This document shows, one piece after another, positions 30,539 to 41,705 of a stretch of 64,000 nt of DNA (the stretch's first letter is position 1; the number at the start of each line of letters is the position of its first letter). The stretch comes from Candidatus Omnitrophota bacterium (lineage in GTDB: Bacteria > Omnitrophota > Gorgyraeia > JABMRG01). A program made the translations under genes and the position numbers. The stretch lies in NCBI GenBank assembly GCA_028716165.1, contig JAQUQI010000001.1, positions 50,458 through 114,457 of the forward strand. The letters run 5' to 3'. The notes below the pieces were generated by a model. The model saw only the letters and a program-made list of their open reading frames with translations. It was not told where the DNA came from and made no database searches.

Positions 30539-31589
30539 TCCTGGCCTCCATTTCTTCGCACATCTGCGCTATAGTCTCATCCAGGTTGTATTCATAATCC
30601 CATTTTGGATAGTGGTTCTTGAATTTAGACACGTCTGATATATACCAGATATGGTCGCCCGTCCTCGGTTTATCGCAATATTCCATAACCGCCTTTTTAC
30701 CGGTTATGGCCTCTATCTTCTTTACCGCCTCAATTATAGAGATATTTGAATGCCTTGAACCGCCGATATTATACACCTCACCACAACGGGGATTACAATA
30801 AAAATGATAAAAGGCATTCACCAGATCGTGGGAGTGTATATTATCCCTTACCTGCTTGCCCTTGTAACCATTGATAATGTATTTTTTGCCGCAAAGCGCG
30901 CATTGGATAAGATAGGCGAGAAAACCGTGTAAAATCGCCGCGCTGTGACGAGGGCCCGTAAGACAACCTCCTCTAAAAACAGCTGTCTTTAATCCGAAAT
31001 ACCTGCCGTATTCCTGCACAAGAAGGTCGGCCGAGGCTTTTGAAACACCGAATAAGCTGTGCGTGGACATGTCAATACTCATGGTCTCGTTTATACCCTG
31101 ATAAAATTTGTGGCCTTGCGGTATTTCGTATCTTGTATCAAGCTCTACAAAAGGCAGGGTATTGGGGCTGTCTCCATAGACCTTGTTTGTGGAAGTAAAT
31201 ATAAAAACCGCTTCAGGGCAATACCTGCGAAAAACCTCAAGGAGCAAAAGCGTGGCAAAGGCGTTAACGCTAAAATCAGTCTCGGGGTCTGTTGCCGCCC
31301 AATCATGCGAAGGCTGGGCAGCGGCATGAATGATAAGGTTGAATTTATTTTTTTTAAATATGGCTTCTATGCCGGGCTTATCCCTTATATCAATATCTAT
31401 GTGCCTGAAGCCCGGGCAGTCCTTTATGAGAAGTTCTTTATTCCACGAAGTCCCGGCAGTAGGCCCAAAAAAAGAGCTTCTCATGTCATTATCAATTCCC
31501 GTGACAAGAAACCCTCTTTCAGAGAAAAATCTGACGGCCTCTGAACCGACTAATCCGCTGGAACCTGTTACAAGTACATTTGGGGTCAT
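30528..31589 (-). CDS. NAD-dependent sugar epimerase/dehydratase
   Basis: [13 protein letters not shown] motif and YGVSKAS catalytic region. Confidence 0.7.
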   Translation of the reverse strand: MTPNVLVTGSSGLVGSEAVRFFSERGFLVTGIDNDMRSSFFGPTAGTSWNKELLIKDCPGFRHIDIDIRDKPGIEAIFKKNKFNLIIHAAAQPSHDWAATDPETDFSVNAFATLLLLEVFRRYCPEAVFIFTSTNKVYGDSPNTLPFVELDTRYEIPQGHKFYQGINETMSIDMSTHSLFGVSKASADLLVQEYGRYFGLKTAVFRGGCLTGPRHSAAILHGFLAYLIQCALCGKKYIINGYKGKQVRDNIHSHDLVNAFYHFYCNPRCGEVYNIGGSRHSNISIIEAVKKIEAITGKKAVMEYCDKPRTGDHIWYISDVSKFKNHYPKWDYEYNLDETIAQMCEEMEARSGA

Positions 31590-31637
31590 TTGGACTTCAT
31601 AAACGGTTAAATTAGCGTAAAAAACATTATGATGAAT

Positions 31638-31665
31638 ATTATCACATTTGCGCTGTTTTTGTCAA
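31638..31665 (-). promoter_or_regulatory. putative sigma70 promoter upstream of the epimerase operon
   Basis: On the minus strand, TTGACA, a 16-nt spacer, then GATAAT, about 45 nt upstream of the start at 31589. Confidence 0.45.
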
Positions 31666-31756
31666 CACCGGGAATGCAATTAGGCGCGTATATCAAAAAG
31701 ATCCAATAATATACGCTTATCCGGCCTGCGTTATTCAGACAATTAGCTTTTGAAAA

Positions 31757-33028
31757 TTAAAACTTGTGGATAACAAGGCCGGTAATGGGCTTGGGGTAAA
31801 AATAGGTGGATTTATGCGGCATCCTTTCGCCATTTTTTGCAAGCGCTATCACATCATCCATCGTGGAAGGATTTAATAATATTCCAAGGCCGTATCTGCC
31901 GTCATTAACATGGGTTATAAGTTCTTTGCTGTCTTTGTAATAATAAATATTACGCTCTTTTTTAACGCGCTCTTTTATTTTCAAAAACCTTTTAAGCACG
32001 AGATTATGCAGGATAGAAACATCAAGGCCTTTCCATCTAAGGCTGGCTCCCTTAGGCTCCATGCCCTTTATGATGGTTTTGTCTTTAAGTGATATAAAAA
32101 TATATTTATTTTCATAATACATGACAAAAGAACATCTTTTGGCTAAAAACGCCCGTTTCATAAGCCTGTCCGCACAGGAAGGCTTAATCTGCCTGACATC
32201 AAAATGCGGGCTCAATCTGTCCTTTATATAATCAATGCCAAAACCCGAGGGCAATTGCCTGACAGCGCGGTGCGTGGGAAGTATCTTAAGGCCTTTATCG
32301 CGCGAGCTTACAAAATACGCCAGGGTAAATCTGTGCCCGCCGGGGGCTCTATACCTTGAATCAAAATAATCCCTTGTCATCACCGATGCCTTGAAGCGAT
32401 GATGGCCGTCGGCAATAAAAGTCCGTGAACGGTCAAGCTTGCGCTGTATTCCAAAGACCAATTCCTTATCGTTAAGGCGCCATAGCCTATGCCTGCAGTT
32501 GTCGGCGCGTATATCAAGGTCGGGCTTTATCTTTTTAATAATCTTCTTTAGCCGGGCCTGGCATAAACCGCCTTTGTCATCAAAAACCATGAACACAGGG
32601 CTAAGATGGGCGCGGACAGCCTTCATCAGGCTTACCCTGTCAAGCAAGGGTTTTAAAAATACATTTTCATGCGGCAGTGGGGACTTATCTTTTGAACTCT
32701 CAAGCCCGAGCAGTGAAATAAATCCAAGCCTTTTAGATAATTTTCCGGCAAGGGTAAATTCCTGCTCATAAATATATAATGATTCCGCGCTGTCCTGGCA
32801 AAAAATACCTTTGTCTATCCACGACGACAACTCGTTCCCGGCCCCGACATATCCGCCGTTACCTGCCCTGCGTTCGGGAAGGACTATCCTTACGATATTA
32901 TAAGCGGATTTTTTTAAAAACTCACTGCGCTGCTGCCTGTTTATCACGTCATACGGCGGGCAAACCGCCTTGTCTAATTTTATACGTTTGTCATATCTTA
33001 GAGCCTTGAAAGGGATTATCCTGGCCAT
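31757..33028 (-). CDS. DUF1015 family protein
   Basis: N-terminus MARIIPFKALRY is characteristic of the family. 423 aa. Confidence 0.5.
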   Translation of the reverse strand: MARIIPFKALRYDKRIKLDKAVCPPYDVINRQQRSEFLKKSAYNIVRIVLPERRAGNGGYVGAGNELSSWIDKGIFCQDSAESLYIYEQEFTLAGKLSKRLGFISLLGLESSKDKSPLPHENVFLKPLLDRVSLMKAVRAHLSPVFMVFDDKGGLCQARLKKIIKKIKPDLDIRADNCRHRLWRLNDKELVFGIQRKLDRSRTFIADGHHRFKASVMTRDYFDSRYRAPGGHRFTLAYFVSSRDKGLKILPTHRAVRQLPSGFGIDYIKDRLSPHFDVRQIKPSCADRLMKRAFLAKRCSFVMYYENKYIFISLKDKTIIKGMEPKGASLRWKGLDVSILHNLVLKRFLKIKERVKKERNIYYYKDSKELITHVNDGRYGLGILLNPSTMDDVIALAKNGERMPHKSTYFYPKPITGLVIHKF

Positions 33029-33037
33029 ATACTCCTC

Positions 33038-33406
33038 TTATTTTCTCTTTCTAAAATTAAAAAACAAAACTCCTGACAAGGCGCCGGCAGTATTAAAAAA
33101 AATATCCAATATCTCCAAAGACCTGTAAGGCAGTAACAATTGGCAAATCTCCATTAAGGCCCCGTACGCGAATACCGCGCCGAAAGCCCTGACAGCCGGC
33201 CCACCTGCCGCGGGCCTGGCGCCTGTATTGTAAAAAGCCCTGAAAAACAAAAACGCCAATGCCGCGTAAGCTGAAAAATGGAATATCTTATCAGGGCATA
33301 TTTCAAGCCCTATTTCCTGCGGAATAGCTGACAATGACAGGATAAAAATGGCAAGCGCGCATACAATTACAGGAAACCAGTATCTGAAAAAAACTTTCTT
33401 TACCAC
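33038..33406 (-). CDS. VanZ-like family membrane protein
   Basis: 122-aa multi-pass membrane protein with VanZ-like hydrophobic architecture. Confidence 0.45.
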   Translation of the reverse strand: MVKKVFFRYWFPVIVCALAIFILSLSAIPQEIGLEICPDKIFHFSAYAALAFLFFRAFYNTGARPAAGGPAVRAFGAVFAYGALMEICQLLLPYRSLEILDIFFNTAGALSGVLFFNFRKRK

Positions 33407-33409
33407 GCC

Positions 33410-33685
33410 TTATTTCCCGGAATTCGGACAGTTGGCGCATGATGATTTTTTACCGGCAGGGCATGTTCCGGCCGCTTCCTTTTGGGCCTGGCGCTTGTAA
33501 TCAGGTTTGCGGTAATCAGTGGCGTAAAAACCATTGCCCTTCAATATAAAACCCGCGCCCGGGCTTATAAGGCGGCGCACCTTGCCGGAACAAAACTTAC
33601 ATTTTTTAACAGGCTCGGCAGTGATAGAGTGAAACTCTTCAAAAATCTTACCGCACTTTTCGCACTTATACTCATATGTCGGCAT
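33410..33685 (-). CDS. FmdB-family zinc-ribbon protein
   Basis: MPTYEYKCEKCG...CKFCSG double CxxC zinc ribbon. Confidence 0.6.
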   Translation of the reverse strand: MPTYEYKCEKCGKIFEEFHSITAEPVKKCKFCSGKVRRLISPGAGFILKGNGFYATDYRKPDYKRQAQKEAAGTCPAGKKSSCANCPNSGK

Positions 33686-33723
33686 ATCAATTTCCCTTCC
33701 CTTGACGGCTTAAAAAAACCAGG

Positions 33724-34881
33724 TCAACGAAACGCTCCTTTTATTTTGTCCATAAAGGAATTTATGCCCGGCGTTGATCTGCCGCCAAGGGCGTCAAATT
33801 CCTTTAATAATTCTTTTTGCCTGGCGGAAAGCTTGACCGGCACGTCAATAACAATCCTGACCAGCTGGTCTCCTTTGCCATAACCATGCACGTCCACGAT
33901 ACCTTTTTCGCGCAGTCTAAATGTCTTTCCGGGCTGTGTCCCGGCGGGTATCTTCATCTTTACATTGCCGTAAAGAGTCGGGACATCCGTCTCATCCCCT
34001 AATACCGCTTGAGAAAAACTAATGGGCAGTTCGCATATAACATTATTTCCGTCGCGCTTATATAAAGGATGTTTTTTTACGTAAATAAGTATATAAAGAT
34101 CGCCGCGGCCGCCGCCTTTGGCTCCGGCCTCCCCCTCGCCATGCACCCTTACCCTTGTGCCTGTATCAACGCCGGCGGGTATATGGACGTCTATTTTTCT
34201 CTCTTGTTTTATCCTGCCTGTGCCGCGGCATTCAGTGCAAGGCGATGATATAATCTCTCCTTCTCCCTGACAACGGGGGCATACCCTTGCTATGCTCAAA
34301 AAACCCGACTGGCTTCTTATCTGCCCACTGCCGCCGCAATAAGAACATCGTGATTTGCCTGTGCCGGGCTTGGCCCCCTGGCCTTTGCAGGCAGGGCACG
34401 CTTCATACCTCGGAAGTTTTATCTTTTTCTCAACGCCGAAAGCAGACTCCTCAAACTCTATCTCCATGCTCATCTCAATGTCATTTCCGCGCCTTGGCCC
34501 CTGCCTGCGCCCGGAGGAAACCCCCTCGCCGAAGATGCCGTCAAATATATCGCCGAAAATTCCGCCGCCCGCGCCGCCAAAGCCGCTCATAAAATCACGG
34601 AAAACCTCTTCGGCATGTTCCATATTGCCGGGACCTGCGCCAAAGCCGTTCTGGAAAGCGCTATGCCCGTATTGGTCATACTGGGCCTTCTTCTTGGTGT
34701 CACCTAATACCTCGTATGCCTCTGTGGCTTCCTTGAATTTTTCGCTGGCCTGTTTCTTTTCAGATTCCTGCACCCTGTCAGGATGATATTTTAAAGCAAG
34801 CTTTCTATATGCCTTCTTTATCTCATCCTCGGAAGCTGACCGGGCGACACCAAGTATTTCATAGTAATCACGTTTTGACAA
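33724..34881 (-). CDS. dnaJ: molecular chaperone DnaJ
   Basis: J domain (YYEILGV...HPD), G/F-rich region and four CxxCxGxG zinc-finger repeats. Confidence 0.9.
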   Translation of the reverse strand: MSKRDYYEILGVARSASEDEIKKAYRKLALKYHPDRVQESEKKQASEKFKEATEAYEVLGDTKKKAQYDQYGHSAFQNGFGAGPGNMEHAEEVFRDFMSGFGGAGGGIFGDIFDGIFGEGVSSGRRQGPRRGNDIEMSMEIEFEESAFGVEKKIKLPRYEACPACKGQGAKPGTGKSRCSYCGGSGQIRSQSGFLSIARVCPRCQGEGEIISSPCTECRGTGRIKQERKIDVHIPAGVDTGTRVRVHGEGEAGAKGGGRGDLYILIYVKKHPLYKRDGNNVICELPISFSQAVLGDETDVPTLYGNVKMKIPAGTQPGKTFRLREKGIVDVHGYGKGDQLVRIVIDVPVKLSARQKELLKEFDALGGRSTPGINSFMDKIKGAFR

Positions 34882-34907
34882 TATAAGGCCCTTAACCCTT
34901 CCTTGTT

Positions 34908-36812
34908 TTAATTACCTTTATCCTCTTTGTATTCGGCATCAACAACATCATCCTTGCCGGACGGCTGGTTATTATCCGCTCCCGGATTAGCCTGCGCGGC
35001 ATCAGGGCCCGGCTGGGCGCCTGGCTGCTGCTGTTGCTTGGCTGACTGGGCCTTATATATCTCTTCGGCAAGTTTATGCGATGCGGCGGCAAGCGCGTCC
35101 ATGGACTTTTTTATGGCCTGCGTATCATCGGTCTTCACCTTTTCCTTTAGGTCATTTATGCCCGACTCTATGGCCTTTTTCTCTGCGTCAGAGACCTTGT
35201 CCGCGTAATCTTTAAGCGCCTTTTCCGTTGAATAGATAAGAGTATCCGCCTGGTTTTTCATCTCCACGGCCTCTTTTCTCTTTTTATCATCTTCGGCAAA
35301 ACGCTCGGCGTCTTTTACCATTTTTTCTATCTCTTCTTCGCTAAGCTTCTTGGGCGCCGATATCCTGATAGACTGTTCTTTGCCTGTGCCAAGGTCTTTG
35401 GCGCCTACATGAACAATGCCGTTCTGGTCTATATCAAATGTAACCTCTATCTGCGGCACGCCTCTTGGGGCAGGGGGTATGCCGACTAAGTCAAACCTGC
35501 CAAGCTCAACATTGTCATTGGCCATCTGCCGCTCGCCCTGAAGGACGCGTATGGTAACTGCCGGCTGATTATCCGCTGCTGTTGAAAATGTCTGGCTCTT
35601 TTTTGTCGGCACAGTAGTATTTCTTTCAATCAACTTGGTAAAAACCTGGCCGAGTGTTTCAATGCCCAAAGAAAGCGGCGTTACGTCCAGCAAAAGAACG
35701 TCTTTGGCGTCGCCTTTGATAATAGCCGCCTGGGCGGCAGCGCCAAGAGCCACGCACTCCATAGGGTCTATGCCGCGCTCTATCTTTTTGCCGACATAAT
35801 CCTCAAGGAATTTCTGCACTATGGGCATACGCGTAGGCCCGCCTACCATTATTATCTTATCTATGTCCCTTACCCTTAATTTCGCGTCGTCTATGGCCTG
35901 CTGTAAAGGATGTTTACACCTTTCAATGATTGAGGCCACAAGCTCTTCAAGCCTGGCCCTGTTAATGGTCATCGTAAGATGTTTAGGCCCTGAAGCGTCA
36001 GCCGTAATAAAAGGCAGATTGATATCGGTGGTTAAAGCGCTTGACAGCTCAACCTTGGCCTTTTCGGCGGCCTCCCGCAATCTCTGCATGGCCATCTTGT
36101 CTTTTCTAAGGTCAATGCCGGACTGCTTTTTAAAATCATCGGCGATATACTCTATGAACACATTGTCCATATCCGTCCCGCCGAGTTTTGTATCACCGCT
36201 TGTTGACTTTACCTCAAAGGTAGCGGCCTTGTGCTCATCGTCCCAGCCCATTTCAAGTATAGTCACGTCAAGCGTTCCGCCGCCGAAATCAAACACCATT
36301 ATCATCTGTTCTTTACCGGCCTTGTCAAGCCCATAAGCAAGGCAGGCGGCTGTAGGCTCATTGATTATCCTCAATACCTCAAGCCCTGCTATCTTTCCGG
36401 CGTCCTTTGTAGCCTGGCGCTGATTATCGTTAAAATAAGCCGGTACCGTTATAACAGCCTCTTTTACCTCTTCTCCGAGATAGCTCTCGGCATCCTGCTT
36501 TACCTTTTGCAGGATAAAAGCGGATATCTGTTGAGGCGTATATTTTTTACCGTAAGCGTTAAAATGAAAATCCTCTCCCATTCTCCTTTTCGCGGCCTGT
36601 ATCGTGCCTTCGGGATTTACAGATGCCTGCCTTCTGGCAGGTTCTCCGACGAGCTTCTGGCCGTCTTTCGTAAAAGCCACTACCGAAGGAAACGCCTTGC
36701 CGCTGGCAACGCCGGCGCCTTCTGCCGAAGGTATTATAGTAGGCCTTCCGCCTTCCATTACAGCCGCCGCTGAATTTGATGTCCCAAGATCAATTCCTAT
36801 TACTCTTGCCAT
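34908..36812 (-). CDS. dnaK: molecular chaperone DnaK (Hsp70)
   Basis: [18 protein letters not shown] and the rest of an Hsp70 signature. 634 aa. Confidence 0.95.
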   Translation of the reverse strand: MARVIGIDLGTSNSAAAVMEGGRPTIIPSAEGAGVASGKAFPSVVAFTKDGQKLVGEPARRQASVNPEGTIQAAKRRMGEDFHFNAYGKKYTPQQISAFILQKVKQDAESYLGEEVKEAVITVPAYFNDNQRQATKDAGKIAGLEVLRIINEPTAACLAYGLDKAGKEQMIMVFDFGGGTLDVTILEMGWDDEHKAATFEVKSTSGDTKLGGTDMDNVFIEYIADDFKKQSGIDLRKDKMAMQRLREAAEKAKVELSSALTTDINLPFITADASGPKHLTMTINRARLEELVASIIERCKHPLQQAIDDAKLRVRDIDKIIMVGGPTRMPIVQKFLEDYVGKKIERGIDPMECVALGAAAQAAIIKGDAKDVLLLDVTPLSLGIETLGQVFTKLIERNTTVPTKKSQTFSTAADNQPAVTIRVLQGERQMANDNVELGRFDLVGIPPAPRGVPQIEVTFDIDQNGIVHVGAKDLGTGKEQSIRISAPKKLSEEEIEKMVKDAERFAEDDKKRKEAVEMKNQADTLIYSTEKALKDYADKVSDAEKKAIESGINDLKEKVKTDDTQAIKKSMDALAAASHKLAEEIYKAQSAKQQQQPGAQPGPDAAQANPGADNNQPSGKDDVVDAEYKEDKGN

Positions 36813-36881
36813 TTTTTGTCCCTCCTGAATTTTTTAAATTACCGTCTGTCCGCGCCGATAAAGCGCTGTCTGGCCTAAAAA

Positions 36882-37574
36882 CTAATCCTGCGTGTTTGGG
36901 CCTTTTTCCGTTTCTTCCATATTCTCTTTGCCGCCTTTTTTATTGCTCTCTTCATCGCCCGACTGCGGTTCTTTGCCGCTTTCGGCCTGCGTGCAGGCGG
37001 CCTGCTGTTTGTTGTTTTTGGCAACCTTTACCATGGCAGGCCTTATAATCTTATCATTTAACATATAACCCGGCTGGAATTCTTCCAATACGGCCCCGTC
37101 ATCGGCATCTGCGGACTCAACAACCTCAATGGCATCATGCCTTACCGGGTCAAATTTCTCTCCAAGGCTGTTTATCCTTCTAAGCCCTTTTTCTTCAAGC
37201 AGTTTGTGGAGCTGTTTGGATATCATGTCAACACCCTGATGGAGTAATTTAAAATCCTGCTTTTGGTCAGCGGCCTTTATACTGCGCTCAAAGTTATCAA
37301 GCATGCCGACAAGCTCTATTATAAGCGCCTCATTGGCATATTTTATAAACTCCTGCTTCTCGCGGGCCGAGCGCTTCCTGAAATTATCAAATTCCGCCTG
37401 CAGTCTCAATAACCTGTCCTGAAAGGCGTCTTTTTTTAAAAGCTCCTCGCGCAGGACTTTAAGCTCTGCCTCAATATCCTTTATGTCAGCTCTAACAGCA
37501 GGCCCTTGCGCGCCTGTCTCGCTATCCTGATTTTTGTCTTTGTTCTTATCGTCTTTTTTGTCTTTGGCTGTCAT
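36882..37574 (-). CDS. grpE: nucleotide exchange factor GrpE
   Basis: LRLQAEFDNFRKR region. It lies between hrcA and dnaK. Confidence 0.85.
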   Translation of the reverse strand: MTAKDKKDDKNKDKNQDSETGAQGPAVRADIKDIEAELKVLREELLKKDAFQDRLLRLQAEFDNFRKRSAREKQEFIKYANEALIIELVGMLDNFERSIKAADQKQDFKLLHQGVDMISKQLHKLLEEKGLRRINSLGEKFDPVRHDAIEVVESADADDGAVLEEFQPGYMLNDKIIRPAMVKVAKNNKQQAACTQAESGKEPQSGDEESNKKGGKENMEETEKGPNTQD

Positions 37575-38599
37575 TTTAATATCCGGCTTAGTTTTTCCGC
37601 TACATAATCAACTATGGAGACGAGCCTCGCGTATTCCATACGCTTGGGCCCTATTATTCCAAGTATGCCGCACGGTATATCGCCAACGCGGTAATCACTG
37701 GCTATCATACTGCAGTCTGAAAACTCTTCGCCCAATTCGGAACCTATGTAAACGCCAGGCGCTTCCCTGTCGCTTATTTTTTTAAGCAAAGAGAACAGGA
37801 AATCCTTGCTCTCAAGGTGCTTTAAAAGGCTTTTAACCTTTTCCACGTTCTCAAATTCGGGCTGTTCCGTTATATGAAACCTGCCGTCAAGATATATCCT
37901 GTTCTCTTTTACCACATCCAGTATAATATCTATGATGGCCTTGGCGCGTTCCAGCACATAAAAAAAAGAATCTCTCTCGGCTATAAGCTTGCGGACAATC
38001 TCCTGCCTGATCTCGTTTAAAGAGTTCTTGCCCATATATTTATTGATAAAATTATTTATACGCGACAACTCCTGGGCCTGTATATCATCGTCAAGGAAGA
38101 CCACAAAATCCTTCGTAACTCCTGATGACATTATAAGCACGGCGAGTATCTCATTGGGGCCGAGTTTTACCAGCTCCACATGCCTGAAGGGGCTTTTCTG
38201 CAATAGAGGCAGAAATACAACCCCGGCCTGATTAGTTATTGACGACAATATACCCGATGTCTTGTCAAGAAGGCTGTTAAGCTCGCTTACTTTGGCATCA
38301 AACTCTTTGTCCACAAGCCTTTTCTCTTCTTCGGTAAGAAGAGATGCTCTCATCAGCTTGTCTATATAATGCCTATAACCTTTCTCGGTAGGCATCCTGC
38401 CTGCCGAGGTATGCGGATGCATTATAAGGCCCTGCTCCTCAAGGTCGCTCATGATATTTCTAACGCTGGCAGGGCTTAAGCTCATGCGCAGTTTCTTGCT
38501 TATGGCCCTTGAGGCTATAGGCTCGGCTGTGCTGATATAGCTATCAATTATCATAGCTAATATTTTATCTTTTCTGATATGTGTATCTTTCTGCGCCAT
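37571..38599 (-). CDS. hrcA: heat-inducible transcription repressor HrcA
   Basis: N-terminal winged helix (RKDKILAMIIDSYISTAEPIASRAIS). 342 aa. A CIRCE element lies directly upstream. Confidence 0.85.
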   Translation of the reverse strand: MAQKDTHIRKDKILAMIIDSYISTAEPIASRAISKKLRMSLSPASVRNIMSDLEEQGLIMHPHTSAGRMPTEKGYRHYIDKLMRASLLTEEEKRLVDKEFDAKVSELNSLLDKTSGILSSITNQAGVVFLPLLQKSPFRHVELVKLGPNEILAVLIMSSGVTKDFVVFLDDDIQAQELSRINNFINKYMGKNSLNEIRQEIVRKLIAERDSFFYVLERAKAIIDIILDVVKENRIYLDGRFHITEQPEFENVEKVKSLLKHLESKDFLFSLLKKISDREAPGVYIGSELGEEFSDCSMIASDYRVGDIPCGILGIIGPKRMEYARLVSIVDYVAEKLSRILK

Positions 38600-38633
38600 A
38601 TTGTGACCTTTGGGTTTTTCAGGCCGCGGATAT

Positions 38634-38660
38634 TAGCACTCTATTATTAAGAGTGCTAAC
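38634..38660. promoter_or_regulatory. CIRCE operator (HrcA binding site)
   Basis: Perfect TTAGCACTC, 9-nt spacer, GAGTGCTAA inverted repeat, 35 nt upstream of the hrcA start. Confidence 0.85.
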
Positions 38661-38671
38661 ACGGAAGCCAA

Positions 38672-38699
38672 TTCTATCACTTTTGCAATTTTTGTCAAG
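38672..38699 (-). promoter_or_regulatory. sigma70 promoter of the hrcA-grpE-dnaK-dnaJ operon
   Basis: On the minus strand, TTGACA, a 16-nt spacer, then TAGAAT. CIRCE starts 11 nt downstream of the -10 element. Confidence 0.55.
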
Positions 38700-38752
38700 A
38701 ATTATTTTGCGAATTTTTTCTCAATTTATTTTGCGGAGTTTTCTATCCGGGA

Positions 38753-40030
38753 TCAGGCCTTTAACTTAGCCTTTAGATGATGGGGCACAACCGCTTTTAT
38801 CCTGATGCCTTCAGGGACATCTTTTCTTTCAAGAACACGGCCCTGCTCATATATAGAGCTTAAAAGGCCCATTTTATCATGCGGGATAAGGATATCAATT
38901 TTTTCAACAAGCATCGTCATCCTTGACTTTATCATATCAACCAGGGTCTTAAGTGACGTGCCTTCTTTTGCCGATATAAGAACAGAATCTTCAATATTGC
39001 GGCGAAAATGCCCTGCTTCAAAATTATCGCTGACAAGGTCTATCTTGTTAAGGGCGGTTATAATGGGCTTCTCATATGAATCTATCTCCTTTAACACGCC
39101 CATTACAGCCTCCAGATGTTCGCCTGCCTTGGGACTGCTTATATCAAGAACATGAAGTAAAAGGTCGGCCTCTTTTACCTCTTCAAGGGTCGCCTTAAAA
39201 GCCTCAATAAGATTATGCGGCAGTTTATGTATAAAACCGACGGTATCAACAAGCAGTATCTTTTGATTATTCGGCAATACCAGCCTGTGCGCCGTAAGGT
39301 CTAATGTGCAAAATAACCTGTTATCAGAAAGAACATCGGAACCTGTAAGCTTGTTTATAAGGGTTGATTTGCCGGCATTGGTATATCCTATTACCGCGAC
39401 GGTAGCCACGGAATGTTCCATCCTGTTCTGCCGCAGTTTTTTTCTCCTTTTGCTAAGCTTGGCAAGCTCTGATTTGGCATATTTTATCTTGCGCATTATG
39501 CCGCGACGGTCTGTTTCAAGCATTTGCTCACCAGGGCCCCTTGTGCCTATGCCGCCGCCAAGCCTTGACAGCTTGACGCCTAATCCGGAAAGCCTGGGAA
39601 GCATATATTCAAGCCGGGCAAGCTCAACCTGAAGTTTTCCTTCATTGGTATGCGCGCGCTGTGAGAAGATATCAAGTATAAGCTGCGTCCTGTCAATAAC
39701 CTTGACTCCCAGGGCGTGTTCTATGTTTCTCTGCTGTGTGCTTGAGAGGTTTTCGCTAAATATCACCGAATCAATACCACTGCCGAATGATTCAACCATG
39801 GTATGTATTTCTTCTATCTTGCCTTTTCCAAGAAACAGATTGGCTGTGGGCTCATCCAGCCTGACTACAATATGGCCCAGCACCTTTGCCCCGCTTGAAA
39901 GGGCAAGCTCTTCAAACTCGGCACTGCTGTCTTCAGGCGACCAGCCCTTTTGCCTGTCTTCATATAGGCTTATTGTGACAAGAAGGCACCTGTTGCTCAA
40001 GGGCCCTTTTACTTCATAAGTTTTTTGCAT
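38753..40030 (-). CDS. hflX: GTPase HflX
   Basis: HflX N-terminal domain plus G-domain motifs (GYTNAGKST, DTVGF, NKID). Confidence 0.85.
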   Translation of the reverse strand: MQKTYEVKGPLSNRCLLVTISLYEDRQKGWSPEDSSAEFEELALSSGAKVLGHIVVRLDEPTANLFLGKGKIEEIHTMVESFGSGIDSVIFSENLSSTQQRNIEHALGVKVIDRTQLILDIFSQRAHTNEGKLQVELARLEYMLPRLSGLGVKLSRLGGGIGTRGPGEQMLETDRRGIMRKIKYAKSELAKLSKRRKKLRQNRMEHSVATVAVIGYTNAGKSTLINKLTGSDVLSDNRLFCTLDLTAHRLVLPNNQKILLVDTVGFIHKLPHNLIEAFKATLEEVKEADLLLHVLDISSPKAGEHLEAVMGVLKEIDSYEKPIITALNKIDLVSDNFEAGHFRRNIEDSVLISAKEGTSLKTLVDMIKSRMTMLVEKIDILIPHDKMGLLSSIYEQGRVLERKDVPEGIRIKAVVPHHLKAKLKA

Positions 40031-40923
40031 AATATCCTTGCCGCCTGGGCGGGGGAAAGTCCGTCAATATCAACCCGCTCAAACCTTTTGTCGTTTCTAA
40101 ACCAAGACAATTGCCTCTTGGCATAATTTCTTGTCCTCTGCTTTATCAATTCCCTGGCCCTGTCCAGGCTTATTTTATTATCAAGATAATCAAATACCTC
40201 CACGTAACCTAAGGCCTGGCGCGCTGTCATGGAAAGCTCTTCTTTCTTAAGCCTTCGGCATTCAGCCACAAAGCCTCTCCTGAACATGGCGTCCACTCTT
40301 TTATTTATTATATCATATAAGGCCTGCCTGTTCCTGTTAAGGTAAAATATCTTTATATCATATTTATCCTTAAGGCCTCTGGTATTTTTTCTAAGCTCTG
40401 ATATCGGGGAATGGGCTTTTATGCATACCTCCAAAGCCCTGATGACGCGGCGCGTATCGTTAGGATGCAGTTTATCGGCAGTCTCATGGTCAATAGCCGA
40501 TAATTTTTTATGAAGAAATCCCCTGCCGTTTAAGGCTTCCTGTTTTGACAATTCTTCTCTTAAAGCATAATCAGCCGGGGGGGAGACAAAAAGCCCGTCC
40601 ACCAATGATTTTATATAAAGCGCGGTGCCTCCGGTAATCAATGCCCGGCGGCCTTTTTTTTCAATGGCATCAAGGCATTTTAAAGCATGCTTACAAAAAT
40701 CGGCCGCGCTGAAATTTATTGAAGGCGCGGCTATATCAATCATGTGATGTATTATGCCGCGTCTCTGGCAGGGGGTGGGTTTCTGCGTGCCTATGTCCAT
40801 GCCTTTATATATCTGCATGGAATCGCAGGATATTATCTCGGCCCTTAATCGTTTTGCCAATGACAATGAAACCGCCGTCTTGCCCACTGCTGTAGGCCCG
40901 GTTATGAATACTATTGAGTCCAA
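40009..40923 (-). CDS. miaA: tRNA dimethylallyltransferase
   Basis: P-loop ITGPTAVGKT and a DSMQIYKGMDIGT region. Confidence 0.85.
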   Translation of the reverse strand: MDSIVFITGPTAVGKTAVSLSLAKRLRAEIISCDSMQIYKGMDIGTQKPTPCQRRGIIHHMIDIAAPSINFSAADFCKHALKCLDAIEKKGRRALITGGTALYIKSLVDGLFVSPPADYALREELSKQEALNGRGFLHKKLSAIDHETADKLHPNDTRRVIRALEVCIKAHSPISELRKNTRGLKDKYDIKIFYLNRNRQALYDIINKRVDAMFRRGFVAECRRLKKEELSMTARQALGYVEVFDYLDNKISLDRARELIKQRTRNYAKRQLSWFRNDKRFERVDIDGLSPAQAARILCKKLMK

Positions 40924-40949
40924 TAAATAAACCCTCTTTCGGAATACCT

Positions 40950-41705
40950 CTAACTTATTATCGTGCCGGAAAATCCGTCTTTTTTAAGGCGCGCCAATTC
41001 GGACTCGGCAGATGCCAATGTGCTAAAATTTCCTCTCTTAATCTTATACAGCACATTATTGCCTTCCATCTCCTTATCCACCGAGACGGCATAGCCTTTT
41101 GCCTCAAGGGCCTCGGCGTATCTTAAGGCGTTTTCCCTTTTTGAAAATGCCCCCAGCTGTATGGTAAAAAATGACTGCCTTCTGTAATAATCTCCGGCCT
41201 CCTTTGCTTCAAGGCTTGAAGGGTATTGCTGTATAATCTTATTAAAACATCCCCGCGCAAGCTCCCATTTACCCTGTTTGCGCAAGGCCTTGCCTGACCC
41301 AAGATATGCCAAAGCGGCATAGTCTGATGAAGGGTATTTATCCAGCATAGCCTTATAGGCTTTTCCTGCCCTGTCAAAATCTTTTTCCAGAAAATATGAA
41401 TCCGCGATACCAAGTAAAAGCAATTCATCCAACCCTGACCGCGGATAATACTTTACGACAAATTCAAAATTTTCTCTTGCCGCCTCTGCCTGGCCAAGCG
41501 CTAAAAAAGCAAGCCCCATGATATACCTGCCCTGGTCGCCTAAGGAGGCATTGCCCGCGATAGAGCGGCATATGCTAATCGTCTGTTTATAATCTCCGCG
41601 CAGATAATACGCCCATGCCCCATCAATACCCTGCCCGGCGCAATACCCGGGACTGGAGGCAAAAAATAAAGCGCACGCCAAAATAATTGTTAAGGGCTTT
41701 TTCAT
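40950..41705 (-). CDS. TPR-repeat protein with C-terminal SPOR domain (signal peptide)
   Basis: N-terminal signal sequence, TPR-like repeats, and a C-terminal FTIQLGAFSKRENA...YKIKRGNFST segment typical of SPOR domains. Confidence 0.5.
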   Translation of the reverse strand: MKKPLTIILACALFFASSPGYCAGQGIDGAWAYYLRGDYKQTISICRSIAGNASLGDQGRYIMGLAFLALGQAEAARENFEFVVKYYPRSGLDELLLLGIADSYFLEKDFDRAGKAYKAMLDKYPSSDYAALAYLGSGKALRKQGKWELARGCFNKIIQQYPSSLEAKEAGDYYRRQSFFTIQLGAFSKRENALRYAEALEAKGYAVSVDKEMEGNNVLYKIKRGNFSTLASAESELARLKKDGFSGTIIS

